A DNA stretch of 32,000 bases, taken from contig NZ_CP042905.2 of assembly GCF_008000775.2 (NCBI RefSeq), positions 990,001 to 1,022,000 on the forward strand. The letters are read 5' to 3'. Both the position numbers and the translations under genes were made by a program. Below the pieces are notes generated by a model. The model ran no database searches. It was not told where the DNA came from and worked only from the letters and a program-made list of their open reading frames with translations. The DNA is from Promethearchaeum syntrophicum. GTDB taxonomy: Archaea; Asgardarchaeota; Lokiarchaeia; Sigyniarchaeales; Promethearchaeaceae. Positions 7,253 through 15,882 of this stretch are shown here, in pieces. Every line of letters starts with the position of its first letter. The stretch's first letter is position 1.

Positions 7253-9814
7253 TTGTCCAAATTAGAATTAGAGAATATTACCGATTTCTATAAAAAAATT
7301 TCCAAGATTCAAAATTTATTAGATGAATTTAATCATTTTTGGGCAAAAGAGTTATTTAATCAAATTATTAAGGAAATCGAAATAAAAATTGAAACAATAT
7401 CTGAACGTATAAGTATTTATAACATTTTAATTAATATTTGGGAGTCTTATGTTAAAAATTTAGTTTCAGATTTGTATAGTAATTGGCCTTTGATCTATGA
7501 TGCATATAATTGTATTTTTGAAATTTTATCTGTCTTAAATGAATCAAATCGCATTTCAGAGATCGGAATTAGGCTAGTAAAAATTTTCCATAAAATAAAA
7601 TTTACCAATAATAAAAATATTGCAAAAATATTAGAGTCACTTGCATTATTGATATATAATTCTGAAAACTTTCAAAAATCGTTAGAATTATTCTTCTTAT
7701 CATTCTATTTTAATGAAGGATTTCTCCAGACTCCCAGCAGTGATGAATGTTTTAAAAAATTTAATTCTCTACTTTTAAAATTATCCACTGATCATCGTGA
7801 TATTTTGCTTAATGCATTTTTATTTGAGATTTATGATGGTTTTTTTGATGGTAACAATATAAAATTTCAAGATTTTACTGAAATGCTGTATAGGATATCA
7901 TTCCAAAATTTTGAATTCACCCTTCACAAAAGTATGCAAAAAATATCCCAACATTCCATAAATTTTCAAGAAGAAATAGGATTAGTAGAAGAAACTATTG
8001 ATTTTCTTCAAATGATAAAGGAAGAAAGATGGGCTTTTTCAGTAGTGAAAATATATTCCAATATACTCTATAAACTAAATAAAAATCAAAAATTAGAGAA
8101 ATTCATTTATTCCTTTATAGAAAAATCGTGTAAACATGGTGAATATTCAACCGCGTTAAAAACTTATTCTTATTTGGATGAGATAACATATTCAAATGAT
8201 TCTGAATTTCAAATAAGAAGCATTAAGATATGGGCAAAAGCTGCCAAAAATTTTAGAAAATTAGCTGACAAATCATATTTTGTCTCAGCAATAAAAAGCT
8301 TCCGTGAATTATTAAAATTACCCAAAGATCCCCGGTTATTTCAAGATTTTACATACGCATTCAATGAATATTATCGTTTAGTTCGGGGAAGGTTGAATAT
8401 TGATGAAGAAGAATTCTGGTGGATTGCTTTTCATAGAAGTATTTTTGAAGAGGGATTTAAAGATATTGCAGAGCTAAGTGCTAAAAATCTAAATATTGCC
8501 CAATTACCATTATTTGAATCAATGATTAATGACGGCATTCAGAAAACAATTGAAATGAAAACAAGACTAGCTAAAACTAACGATCCTATAGATATTGGAG
8601 GAATGATACCATCTAAAATTATTATTAAACTCCGAATTCCGGCAAATAAAAATATGAAAATGTATTCTGAATTAATTTATACATCAGGTTTTTCTAAACC
8701 AGAATTAGTAAAAATTGACGAGATATGGAAAGAACCTCAGTTAATTAAGTTATATATGCAATTGCCATTCAATAATCCCCAAATCGAAAATTTAAATCAA
8801 TCTCAAATATCACAAGTTCAATTTGGAAAATTAGCTTTTCTTTTTCTTCCTCAAGAACTTAGAATGTTTTTCTCACAACTAAATATTGGAAAGGATCATG
8901 TTCCTGAAATTTTCATTATAATGGATGAACCTGGGTATCCATTTGAAATGTTACACGATGAAAAATCATCATTAGGAACAAAATTCGCATTTGGATATAG
9001 GTTTGATGAACCAAAATTAAGTCCAGAGAAAATAGTAATTCAAGACCAACCTGAAGATGTTGTGAATTTGAAATATATGATCTTAGCTATAGGTGATTTA
9101 AATAGGAATTTCCCTAAAATTTGGAATGAAAATGATAAGAAATATTATCCCCTCTACCCATTCCCCGAGAGTTCAAAACAATTAGAATTTCTTGAATCTA
9201 AATTAAATAATCTTCTACATTTAGTCGAAAAATCTACATTTCTCAATTCACAGTCCGGAACTTATCAAAATATTGAAAAAGAAATTACTTCTGGTTTATA
9301 TAATATCATCTACATTTCTTCAAACCTTTTTTATATTGAAGAAAATCCCCTTCATTCATATTTTATCACTCCTGATGATAAAATAATAAACCTTCAAGAT
9401 ATTCTAGAAATGCTTGAATTTGCTCAAAAACACAATGAGATACAAGGAATTCCATTCTTTAAACCATTATTAGTTTTTGATGCCCATATTATTGATAGGT
9501 CTGGTAAGATCATATCTAGATCGTTCAATCAATTAAGTAATATATCAAAATTAGTTGGATCAAAAAATAATCTTGGAATTTTAGCGAGGATCTCTATTGA
9601 ATTCGATGAAATTTTAAAATTATTTTTATCTGAATTTATTAATCGGCTCTTTCTAAGAGAATCAATAGGTTCAGCCTTACTCAAAGCTCATAAACAGCTA
9701 TATAGAATAGTCAAAAGTTTAGAAAAACTTGATGAAGACAATTATTCTCTTTCGCAAACGCTCTTAGAGACTCATTATGTATTTTATGGTAATTTATTTA
9801 ATTTTTTGGAATAA
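7253..9814 (+). CDS. Large helical-repeat (TPR-like) protein with C-terminal degenerate CHAT (caspase/separase-like) domain
   Basis: TTG start 3 nt after the previous stop. The N-terminal two thirds is a helical repeat region. The C-terminus follows the CHAT layout 'IYNIIYISSNLFYIEENPLHSYFITPDDKIINLQDIL...KPLLVFDAHIIDRSG...KNNLGILARIS...FLSEFINRLFLRESIGSALLKAHKQLY'. The expected catalytic His and Cys appear substituted. Confidence 0.7.
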   Translation: MSKLELENITDFYKKISKIQNLLDEFNHFWAKELFNQIIKEIEIKIETISERISIYNILINIWESYVKNLVSDLYSNWPLIYDAYNCIFEILSVLNESNRISEIGIRLVKIFHKIKFTNNKNIAKILESLALLIYNSENFQKSLELFFLSFYFNEGFLQTPSSDECFKKFNSLLLKLSTDHRDILLNAFLFEIYDGFFDGNNIKFQDFTEMLYRISFQNFEFTLHKSMQKISQHSINFQEEIGLVEETIDFLQMIKEERWAFSVVKIYSNILYKLNKNQKLEKFIYSFIEKSCKHGEYSTALKTYSYLDEITYSNDSEFQIRSIKIWAKAAKNFRKLADKSYFVSAIKSFRELLKLPKDPRLFQDFTYAFNEYYRLVRGRLNIDEEEFWWIAFHRSIFEEGFKDIAELSAKNLNIAQLPLFESMINDGIQKTIEMKTRLAKTNDPIDIGGMIPSKIIIKLRIPANKNMKMYSELIYTSGFSKPELVKIDEIWKEPQLIKLYMQLPFNNPQIENLNQSQISQVQFGKLAFLFLPQELRMFFSQLNIGKDHVPEIFIIMDEPGYPFEMLHDEKSSLGTKFAFGYRFDEPKLSPEKIVIQDQPEDVVNLKYMILAIGDLNRNFPKIWNENDKKYYPLYPFPESSKQLEFLESKLNNLLHLVEKSTFLNSQSGTYQNIEKEITSGLYNIIYISSNLFYIEENPLHSYFITPDDKIINLQDILEMLEFAQKHNEIQGIPFFKPLLVFDAHIIDRSGKIISRSFNQLSNISKLVGSKNNLGILARISIEFDEILKLFLSEFINRLFLRESIGSALLKAHKQLYRIVKSLEKLDEDNYSLSQTLLETHYVFYGNLFNFLE

Positions 9815-9888
9815 GCTAAAAGTTAAAAATAATAGATAGAATTAGAAAATAATAGAATTAGAAAATATTACATCGAGGTAAATTTGAA

Positions 9889-10407
9889 ATGTCCTTATTA
9901 CGTGCAGAAAACATAAAATTGAGAACTAAAGTTGAAGATCTTGAAAATCGATTATTAAATTTAGTCGGAACGATTAAAATCTTCACCGGTGGAATGCCCG
10001 GGAACGAACATATTATGAATAACAATATTGCAGAAATAATCACAAATGCAACTGATTTAAAGATTGTTGCACCTTACATCACTAATGAATATGCTATGAT
10101 ATTAAAAGATCGGGCAATGAATGGCATTAAAGTTCAAATTGTCCTAAATGACAGGCGAATGTGGCCCGCAAAATTTGTCGATATATATGATGAAATAAAA
10201 GTGACAAATGGAATAGATCTCATTAACAATCCAAATGTAAAATACCTTTTAGTTTGGAGTCCAAAAACAGCTTTATTTACCAGTGGACCTCTTGATAAGG
10301 ATTCTCTGATGAATACGGTTCTTATTGGCACTCTAATCAATGAAAAAGGTAAAATAAATGAATTATTAAAAATATTCCAATTAATGTTGCCTTCTTTCAT
10401 GCGATAA
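9889..10407 (+). CDS. Protein with a PLD-like (phospholipase D/TrmB C-terminal-like) fold domain, HKD motif degenerate
   Basis: 'NIAEIITNATDLKIVAPYITNEYAMILKDRAMNGIKVQIVLNDRR...NPNVKYLLVWSPKTALFTSGPLDKDSLMNTVLIG' resembles the PLD layout without HxKxxxxD. It is preceded by a short coiled coil. Confidence 0.6.
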   Translation: MSLLRAENIKLRTKVEDLENRLLNLVGTIKIFTGGMPGNEHIMNNNIAEIITNATDLKIVAPYITNEYAMILKDRAMNGIKVQIVLNDRRMWPAKFVDIYDEIKVTNGIDLINNPNVKYLLVWSPKTALFTSGPLDKDSLMNTVLIGTLINEKGKINELLKIFQLMLPSFMR

Positions 10408-10434
10408 ACTCTTGAGGTTCTGGAAAAATTATAA

Positions 10435-11652
10435 ATGGTAGAACATATGGAGAAAAAAACATACATCATCCCCGAATCAGGTGAAAATTCTGATTTTGTA
10501 TATAATTTTTGCATGAAACTATTTTTCTATTTAGGGATGATATGTTTTATTCCTTATTTTATAATCCTCAATATATTAACTACTCCCTTTTTTCCAGATT
10601 CAAGCAACAAGATTTTAATTTATGGATTGATCATAGGCACTTTATTTCTTCTATTTATAATGGATAATATTGGAATGCATTCCTCCTTTATTGATCGAAT
10701 AAGTCGCCTGATAACTTTAATATTAACTGTAGTAGGTGCCTCTCTCTCGATATTAATTCTTATTATCCCGAATATGGTTACTAGTTCAACAAATGTCGAA
10801 TTTTACTTAAAATTGGCAATAATTTTAACATTTGAAATTCTAGGATGGTTTTTCATTAGAAACAGTAGAGGCCTTTCTAAAGTTAAAGTTAAACCATTTT
10901 ATAATACAAGCATGTGGTCTCTTCTACTGTGTGGCATAATCTTTCTGTTTGAATACTTCGTGAAAAATGCAATCTTTGTATTCTTAGCAATAATTTTTTT
11001 GATTTATCCTATTATGATAATTGGATGGGGAAAACTTAAGGTAATTCCTTCAATTAAACCAAGAAAATTGGTGAGACCTTATAAAAGAACTACATTTTAC
11101 AATTATGCCATTGATATTGGAAAAGCTGTAATAATTCTTTTAACAATTCTTGCAGTTATTTATGATGGAACAGTTGTGTTATATCCTGCTGAATTAAGTT
11201 CTAATCCCGCTGCATGGATTCGGAATTTGGCAATAGTTGGAATTTTTGCAGCATTAGCAATGGAATTTTATATAAAAATTCAAACCGCTTTTTATGGCTT
11301 GGCTGTTATAATTATTCTCTATTTACTTTGTTTAATTCAATACCTTCTTGTTAACACTTTTTATTTTCATTTTTGGTATCTAATTGCACCAATAAATGGA
11401 TTCACGCTAGCGGGAGTTTATTTCTTCATCGAACAAAAATTATTTAAATCCAACAATGTAAGAGCAATGCCGGGAAGTTTCTATGTATTAATCCTAATTA
11501 TTGTTATCAGCGCGATAATCCTAAGAATAACCCCTGATGTTGATGATATTATTGAAAATTCGAAATTTGCATTATCCTTAATTGGATTGGCTTATATCAT
11601 AGGATATATACGTGAAGCACCAAAACAAACATCACTTCGAATTTCTATATAA
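10435..11652 (+). CDS. Polytopic membrane protein of unknown function (~10-12 TM helices)
   Basis: 405-aa ORF with many hydrophobic helices. It follows the PLD-like gene with a 27-nt gap on the same strand. Confidence 0.7.
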   Translation: MVEHMEKKTYIIPESGENSDFVYNFCMKLFFYLGMICFIPYFIILNILTTPFFPDSSNKILIYGLIIGTLFLLFIMDNIGMHSSFIDRISRLITLILTVVGASLSILILIIPNMVTSSTNVEFYLKLAIILTFEILGWFFIRNSRGLSKVKVKPFYNTSMWSLLLCGIIFLFEYFVKNAIFVFLAIIFLIYPIMIIGWGKLKVIPSIKPRKLVRPYKRTTFYNYAIDIGKAVIILLTILAVIYDGTVVLYPAELSSNPAAWIRNLAIVGIFAALAMEFYIKIQTAFYGLAVIIILYLLCLIQYLLVNTFYFHFWYLIAPINGFTLAGVYFFIEQKLFKSNNVRAMPGSFYVLILIIVISAIILRITPDVDDIIENSKFALSLIGLAYIIGYIREAPKQTSLRISI

Positions 11653-11692
11653 AAAAGAAAAAAAAACCTCAAGTAAAAAACGTATTCTTATT

Positions 11693-11956
11693 TTATTCCG
11701 CTTTCTTTTCTTCCTTATCTTCAAAAAGAGTTGTTTTAATCCATCTTTCTGAGGCTCTTTTGTTTCTGGATCTATTATAGAAAATAAAAGCACCAATATT
11801 GAATAATCCATAAAGGAAATATATAGAGGGATCAAGCACTCCAGCAATATCAATTATAATGAGAATGACCCAAACGAGAGCAAGTAATGATGCCAAAATC
11901 ATCATAAATTTATTCTCTTCAGCTTGCATTTTTTCTGCTATTTGTTCTTCAGACAT
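11693..11956 (-). CDS. Small membrane protein (2 TM), unknown
   Basis: 'NKFMMILASLLALVWVILIIIDIAGVLDPSIYFLYGLFNIGAFIFYN' with charged termini. Confidence 0.65.
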   Translation of the reverse strand: MSEEQIAEKMQAEENKFMMILASLLALVWVILIIIDIAGVLDPSIYFLYGLFNIGAFIFYNRSRNKRASERWIKTTLFEDKEEKKAE

Positions 11957-12424
11957 ATTTTAATCACTTAAAATTATATTTACTAATTATTGGTTGAATA
12001 TATTTTTTCTTCTTCTTATTTTTTCTTAAAAAATCTAATTTTTATTTATTATTAGGTATATATGTTCATGTAAATCTTTCATAAACTCCGAGAAGTTTAT
12101 TACTTTCCTGTAAATGAAGAAACTATTTGTGAATTTCTGCTCCCATAGATAGGGGCATTTCTGCGCGTTTTTCAATTATCTCTGTTTGGTTATATGGAGG
12201 GTAATCCATTATGAGACTTACTTCTGAAATTTTAATGAAGGTTATATTCTTGAGAAAAATCGGTTTATTTACCATATAAATACACTGAATAAATACTCGA
12301 AACTCCCAAGTAACCTTGTTTTGAATATTATTCTTAAATAATTTCGAACCAAATTCTGCTATCCCTCCTTTTGATTAATAACGAGTTAATGCAAAGGGAA
12401 GTTGGCAAAAAAAAAGAAGAAAAA

Positions 12425-13858
12425 TTAAGCTAAAGCATCTTTCAAAGATTTTTCAAATCGGTGGCATATTTCCTCAGTTTCCTCATCAGAAATTATTAGC
12501 GGAGGTTTAATTTTAAGAATATTTCGCATCATTTCACCATTGGGTTTAAGAATAGGCATACTCTCTCCAAACAGAATATTATTCTTCAAGCCTTTTTCAA
12601 TCACTTTTTCCACCAATTCATTAAATGGCTCTCTATTCTTTGAATCTTTTATTAATTCAATCCCAATAAAAAGACCAGGACCCCTTATATCACCAATTTG
12701 GAAATATTTATTTTGTAGGTCCTTGATAAAACTTGTAATTTTCCTTCCTTGTCTTGCTGCATTTGCGGGAATCTTTTCTTTCTGAAGGATTTCAATTGTA
12801 ACCAAGGAAGCTGCCATCAATACAGGAGATGAAGAATAAGTGCTATGTTCTTCTGCTTCTGATAGCATTTTCATTTTTGGATTTGCAATTGTTACTCCAA
12901 GAGGAAACCCTCCTCCTACTCCTTTCGTTGCAGTAAGAATATTCGGTGATACATCCTCATTAGTTTGTTTATTATACCATTCTGTAGCCCACATTTCTCC
13001 AGTACGGCCAAACCCGGTTTGACATTCATCGAAAATTAGTTTTATTTTATTCTCTTTACAAATTTGCTTCAATCCAATCAAGAATTCTACTGGTGCTGGA
13101 ATTTGTCCACCGGCTCCTTGCATGGTTTCAAGTAATACTCCAGCAATTCCACTTGTATGAAAATATTCAATATGTTGCCTAACTAATCCAAGACACTCTA
13201 ATTTGCATTCAGGATCTTTCTTTCCCTCGAATCCGTTTTTATAACCCCACGGGCACCGATAACAATACGGGAAAAAAGTTTTAACAAATCTATCAATTCC
13301 AAATGGTCTATATCTCATTGCCATTCCGATCTGTTGTGTTGCAGATGAAAGTGCTAAACTACTTCCATGGTATCCACGCCAAAACGTTACGATTTGATCC
13401 CGATTTCCTCGCGTATTAATAAAAGCGGTTCTAATTGCACATTCTACAGCTCCTCCTCCGCCTAAATTATTTATAGCAATTCTTCCACCTTTTAATTCTC
13501 CAGGGGCAATTTCTGCTAATTTATTACATAGTTTTACTCGTATTGGAGTTAAATAACCATATCGAACATGATTTGCATGCTGTCCTTGAAGTGCAACAGC
13601 GTAATTAACATCAGAGGGGGCATGACCCAAATTTAGTGACCATGCTTGCGCTGTGCAATCCAAAATTGGTTCTTCCTGATTTCTGAATTTGAAATAAGAA
13701 GTTCCTCCCTTTCCGGGTTCTGTTGTTCCCTCAACAATTTCATTGAGAACAGGAACTAAAAGATGGCTTTTTTTGCATTTTTCAACGTCTTCATCAGATA
13801 TTTTGCTTAAAATTAACTCTTCAATTTCTTTCTTGGTCAACCATTTAGTATCAAACAT
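12425..13858 (-). CDS. Class-III PLP-dependent aminotransferase (GABA/ornithine-like or amino-acid racemase-like subgroup)
   Basis: 'WSLNLGHAPSDVNYAV', 'GGGGAVECAIRTAF', 'FWRGYHGSSLALSSAT', 'LIFDECQTGFGRTGEMWATEWY', Schiff-base Lys 'TATKGVGGGFPLG', plus a Cys cluster 'YCYRCPWGYKNGFEGKKDPECKLECLG'. Confidence 0.92.
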   Translation of the reverse strand: MFDTKWLTKKEIEELILSKISDEDVEKCKKSHLLVPVLNEIVEGTTEPGKGGTSYFKFRNQEEPILDCTAQAWSLNLGHAPSDVNYAVALQGQHANHVRYGYLTPIRVKLCNKLAEIAPGELKGGRIAINNLGGGGAVECAIRTAFINTRGNRDQIVTFWRGYHGSSLALSSATQQIGMAMRYRPFGIDRFVKTFFPYCYRCPWGYKNGFEGKKDPECKLECLGLVRQHIEYFHTSGIAGVLLETMQGAGGQIPAPVEFLIGLKQICKENKIKLIFDECQTGFGRTGEMWATEWYNKQTNEDVSPNILTATKGVGGGFPLGVTIANPKMKMLSEAEEHSTYSSSPVLMAASLVTIEILQKEKIPANAARQGRKITSFIKDLQNKYFQIGDIRGPGLFIGIELIKDSKNREPFNELVEKVIEKGLKNNILFGESMPILKPNGEMMRNILKIKPPLIISDEETEEICHRFEKSLKDALA

Positions 13859-13891
13859 TGTTTTTCACCTTTTAATTTAATATTCTTGATT

Positions 13892-14722
13892 TCACAAAGA
13901 TTTGAAACACCATTCTTCTTCTAAACAGCCACTGTGAATCATAAAGTACATATCCTCTAAGAAACGTGAGGCAGGAGCTCCATCTATCACACTGTGATCG
14001 AATGCAATGGTAGCTGCTAAACGTTCTCTTTCGACAATTTTTCCTTCTTTATCCAGTTCATAACCTCTAGAAATTGCCCCTATCCCAAGAGAAAAAGTAT
14101 GGGGTGTTAGATGAATCATCCAACCTAATTGATTTGCGGTTTTTGCCATCATCCCTGCAGCAGTTAATCCCACTGTCCCTAATAGTTTCTTTTTTAGCAA
14201 AGGGGTTGAAAAAATCTTATGAATTATTATCTTGCGTATAAAACGAGGAAATTTTGGGAAATATTTAATTAATTTCTTCCCCCCCTTATTACCGGTTGTT
14301 AATTCGATTTTTTTTGTTTGCGCTGCTCGAATTTCATTATGAATTTCTCTGAGTGTTTTTATATGTGCGTTACGAACAGTATAATTGACTGGTTTTTTAA
14401 CCCCATCTACATTTCTTTCAATATTTGTCATAACGTCTACCTCATCAAAAATAAAATATTCTTTCTTCTTATATCTCAGCGTATTTATTGGATATTTATG
14501 TTTTTCAACCACTCGAGCATAACAAGCAATGAGAAAGGCAGTAAAGCTGATTGATTCTCCAGATGTTTCCTTATGTTTTCTGAGTCTTTTCCTACATTCT
14601 GTAATATCTGCTGCGCCGAAGGCCCAAATGGTATGCATCTGTTTTGCCACAGAGCGGTAATCATCAATTGCTTTCGCCATAGGGCTTATTTTTTTAATAG
14701 TAACTGAATCTTTTTCTTTCAT
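13892..14722 (-). CDS. Standalone 2-oxoacid dehydrogenase E2-type (CAT-fold) acyltransferase catalytic domain
   Basis: Catalytic HxxxDG in 'AFDHSVIDGAPASRFLEDMYFMI'. 'VSFTAFLIACYARVVEKH..INTLRYKKK' and 'VNYTVRNAHIKTLREI' fit the E2/CAT fold. No lipoyl or PSBD domain. Confidence 0.85.
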   Translation of the reverse strand: MKEKDSVTIKKISPMAKAIDDYRSVAKQMHTIWAFGAADITECRKRLRKHKETSGESISFTAFLIACYARVVEKHKYPINTLRYKKKEYFIFDEVDVMTNIERNVDGVKKPVNYTVRNAHIKTLREIHNEIRAAQTKKIELTTGNKGGKKLIKYFPKFPRFIRKIIIHKIFSTPLLKKKLLGTVGLTAAGMMAKTANQLGWMIHLTPHTFSLGIGAISRGYELDKEGKIVERERLAATIAFDHSVIDGAPASRFLEDMYFMIHSGCLEEEWCFKSL

Positions 14723-14833
14723 TAAATATCACCCATTTCTAGATAAAATCGCTTATTATTTTATCTAGATATTTTGTTATATAAAAATGATTCATGTTGC
14801 AAATGGAATTATTTAAAATATATTTCTTTTTCC

Positions 14834-14984
14834 AAAGTTTTAATGTGTCAATCAGTTTTGTTATAAAAGGTGAAAATTAAAGTTTTAATCTATTCTGGTT
14901 AAAGTTTCAATTAAAATATACAATAAAGTTCTAAATTTTTAAAAGAAGAAACTTTAATTAGAAAAAACACGAATTTCAATTAAA
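14834..14984. repeat. Short repeated AT-rich elements in the divergent intergenic region (AAAGTTTTAAT x2, TTTCAATTAAA x2)
   Basis: AAAGTTTTAAT at 14834-14844 and 14879-14889; related AAAGTTTCAATT at 14901-14912; TTTCAATTAAA at 14905-14915 and 14974-14984. Confidence 0.4.
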
Positions 14985-15025
14985 TAAGAAATTCATACCA
15001 ACCATATTCAGAGTGTTTTATTATC

Positions 15026-15856
15026 ATGAAGAAAAATATTTCCTTTATCGAGAAGAACATTAGCAGAAATCAACGATTAATTGATGACTATACAACAGAA
15101 GCAAAAAGTAAAAATTTGATTTGGGCTTTCACAGAGATGGACATAACTGAAGCTCAAAAGAAACTACGTGCTTATAAAGAAAATGGTGTAAAAATTAGTT
15201 TTACTGCATTTCTCATCGCTTGTTATGCGCGTTCAGCAGAAAAATATAAATATCCTATAAATACACTGCGCTATAAAAAAAAGAAATATATTACTTTTGA
15301 TGAAGTAGATGTAATGACAAATATTGAAAGAACTATAGATGGTGTAAAAAAACCAGTCAATTATACTGTACGGAATGCTCATAAAAAAACGTTAAGAGAA
15401 ATTAACGATGAGCTAAATGAAGCAAGAACAGTAAAAAAAGTAGCATTGACCACTGGTAATAAAGGGGGGAAAAAATTGCTGAAATTAGTTCCAAAACTAC
15501 CTAGGTTCCTCAGAAAAATAATTATTCATAAAACTTTTATAGATCCTTTCTTAAAAAAGAAATTATTGGGTACAATAGGTCTTTCGGCTGTGGGAATGTT
15601 TGGAAAAGATATAAATCAATTAGGTTGGATGATTCATATAACACCTCATACAATTTCTGTAGGTGTAGGCTCGATTGAGAAGAAATTTGAGATGCAAAAA
15701 GATGGTAATATTAAAGAACGTGAATTCTTAGCGGTCACAATCGCAATGGACCATGCTATAATAGACGGAGGGCCGGCTACGAGATTCTTTCGTGATTTTT
15801 ATCTTATGCTTAGAGACAATTGCTTGGAAGCAGACTGGTGTTTTAAATCATTGTAA
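15026..15856 (+). CDS. Standalone E2-type (CAT-fold) acyltransferase catalytic domain, paralog of 13892-14722
   Basis: Catalytic HxxxDG in 'AMDHAIIDGGPATRFFRDFYLML'. Near-identical stretches with the neighbouring paralog ('ACYAR..EK.KYPINTLRYKKK...FDEVDVMTNIER..DGVKKPVNYTVRNAH.KTLREI'). Confidence 0.87.
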   Translation: MKKNISFIEKNISRNQRLIDDYTTEAKSKNLIWAFTEMDITEAQKKLRAYKENGVKISFTAFLIACYARSAEKYKYPINTLRYKKKKYITFDEVDVMTNIERTIDGVKKPVNYTVRNAHKKTLREINDELNEARTVKKVALTTGNKGGKKLLKLVPKLPRFLRKIIIHKTFIDPFLKKKLLGTIGLSAVGMFGKDINQLGWMIHITPHTISVGVGSIEKKFEMQKDGNIKEREFLAVTIAMDHAIIDGGPATRFFRDFYLMLRDNCLEADWCFKSL

Positions 15857-15882
15857 TTTAAGTCTAGATCTAAATTTTTCAC

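Noticed and set aside
9110-9812. Active CHAT protease / CRISPR-associated (TPR-CHAT, craspase-like) system
   Set aside because: The His/Cys motifs look substituted, and there is no gRAMP/Cas gene or CRISPR array in the window.
9836-9866. Two copies of ATAGAATTAGAAAAT with 16-nt period before the PLD-like gene
   Set aside because: Only two short AT-rich copies. It is probably simple-sequence slippage and not array-like.
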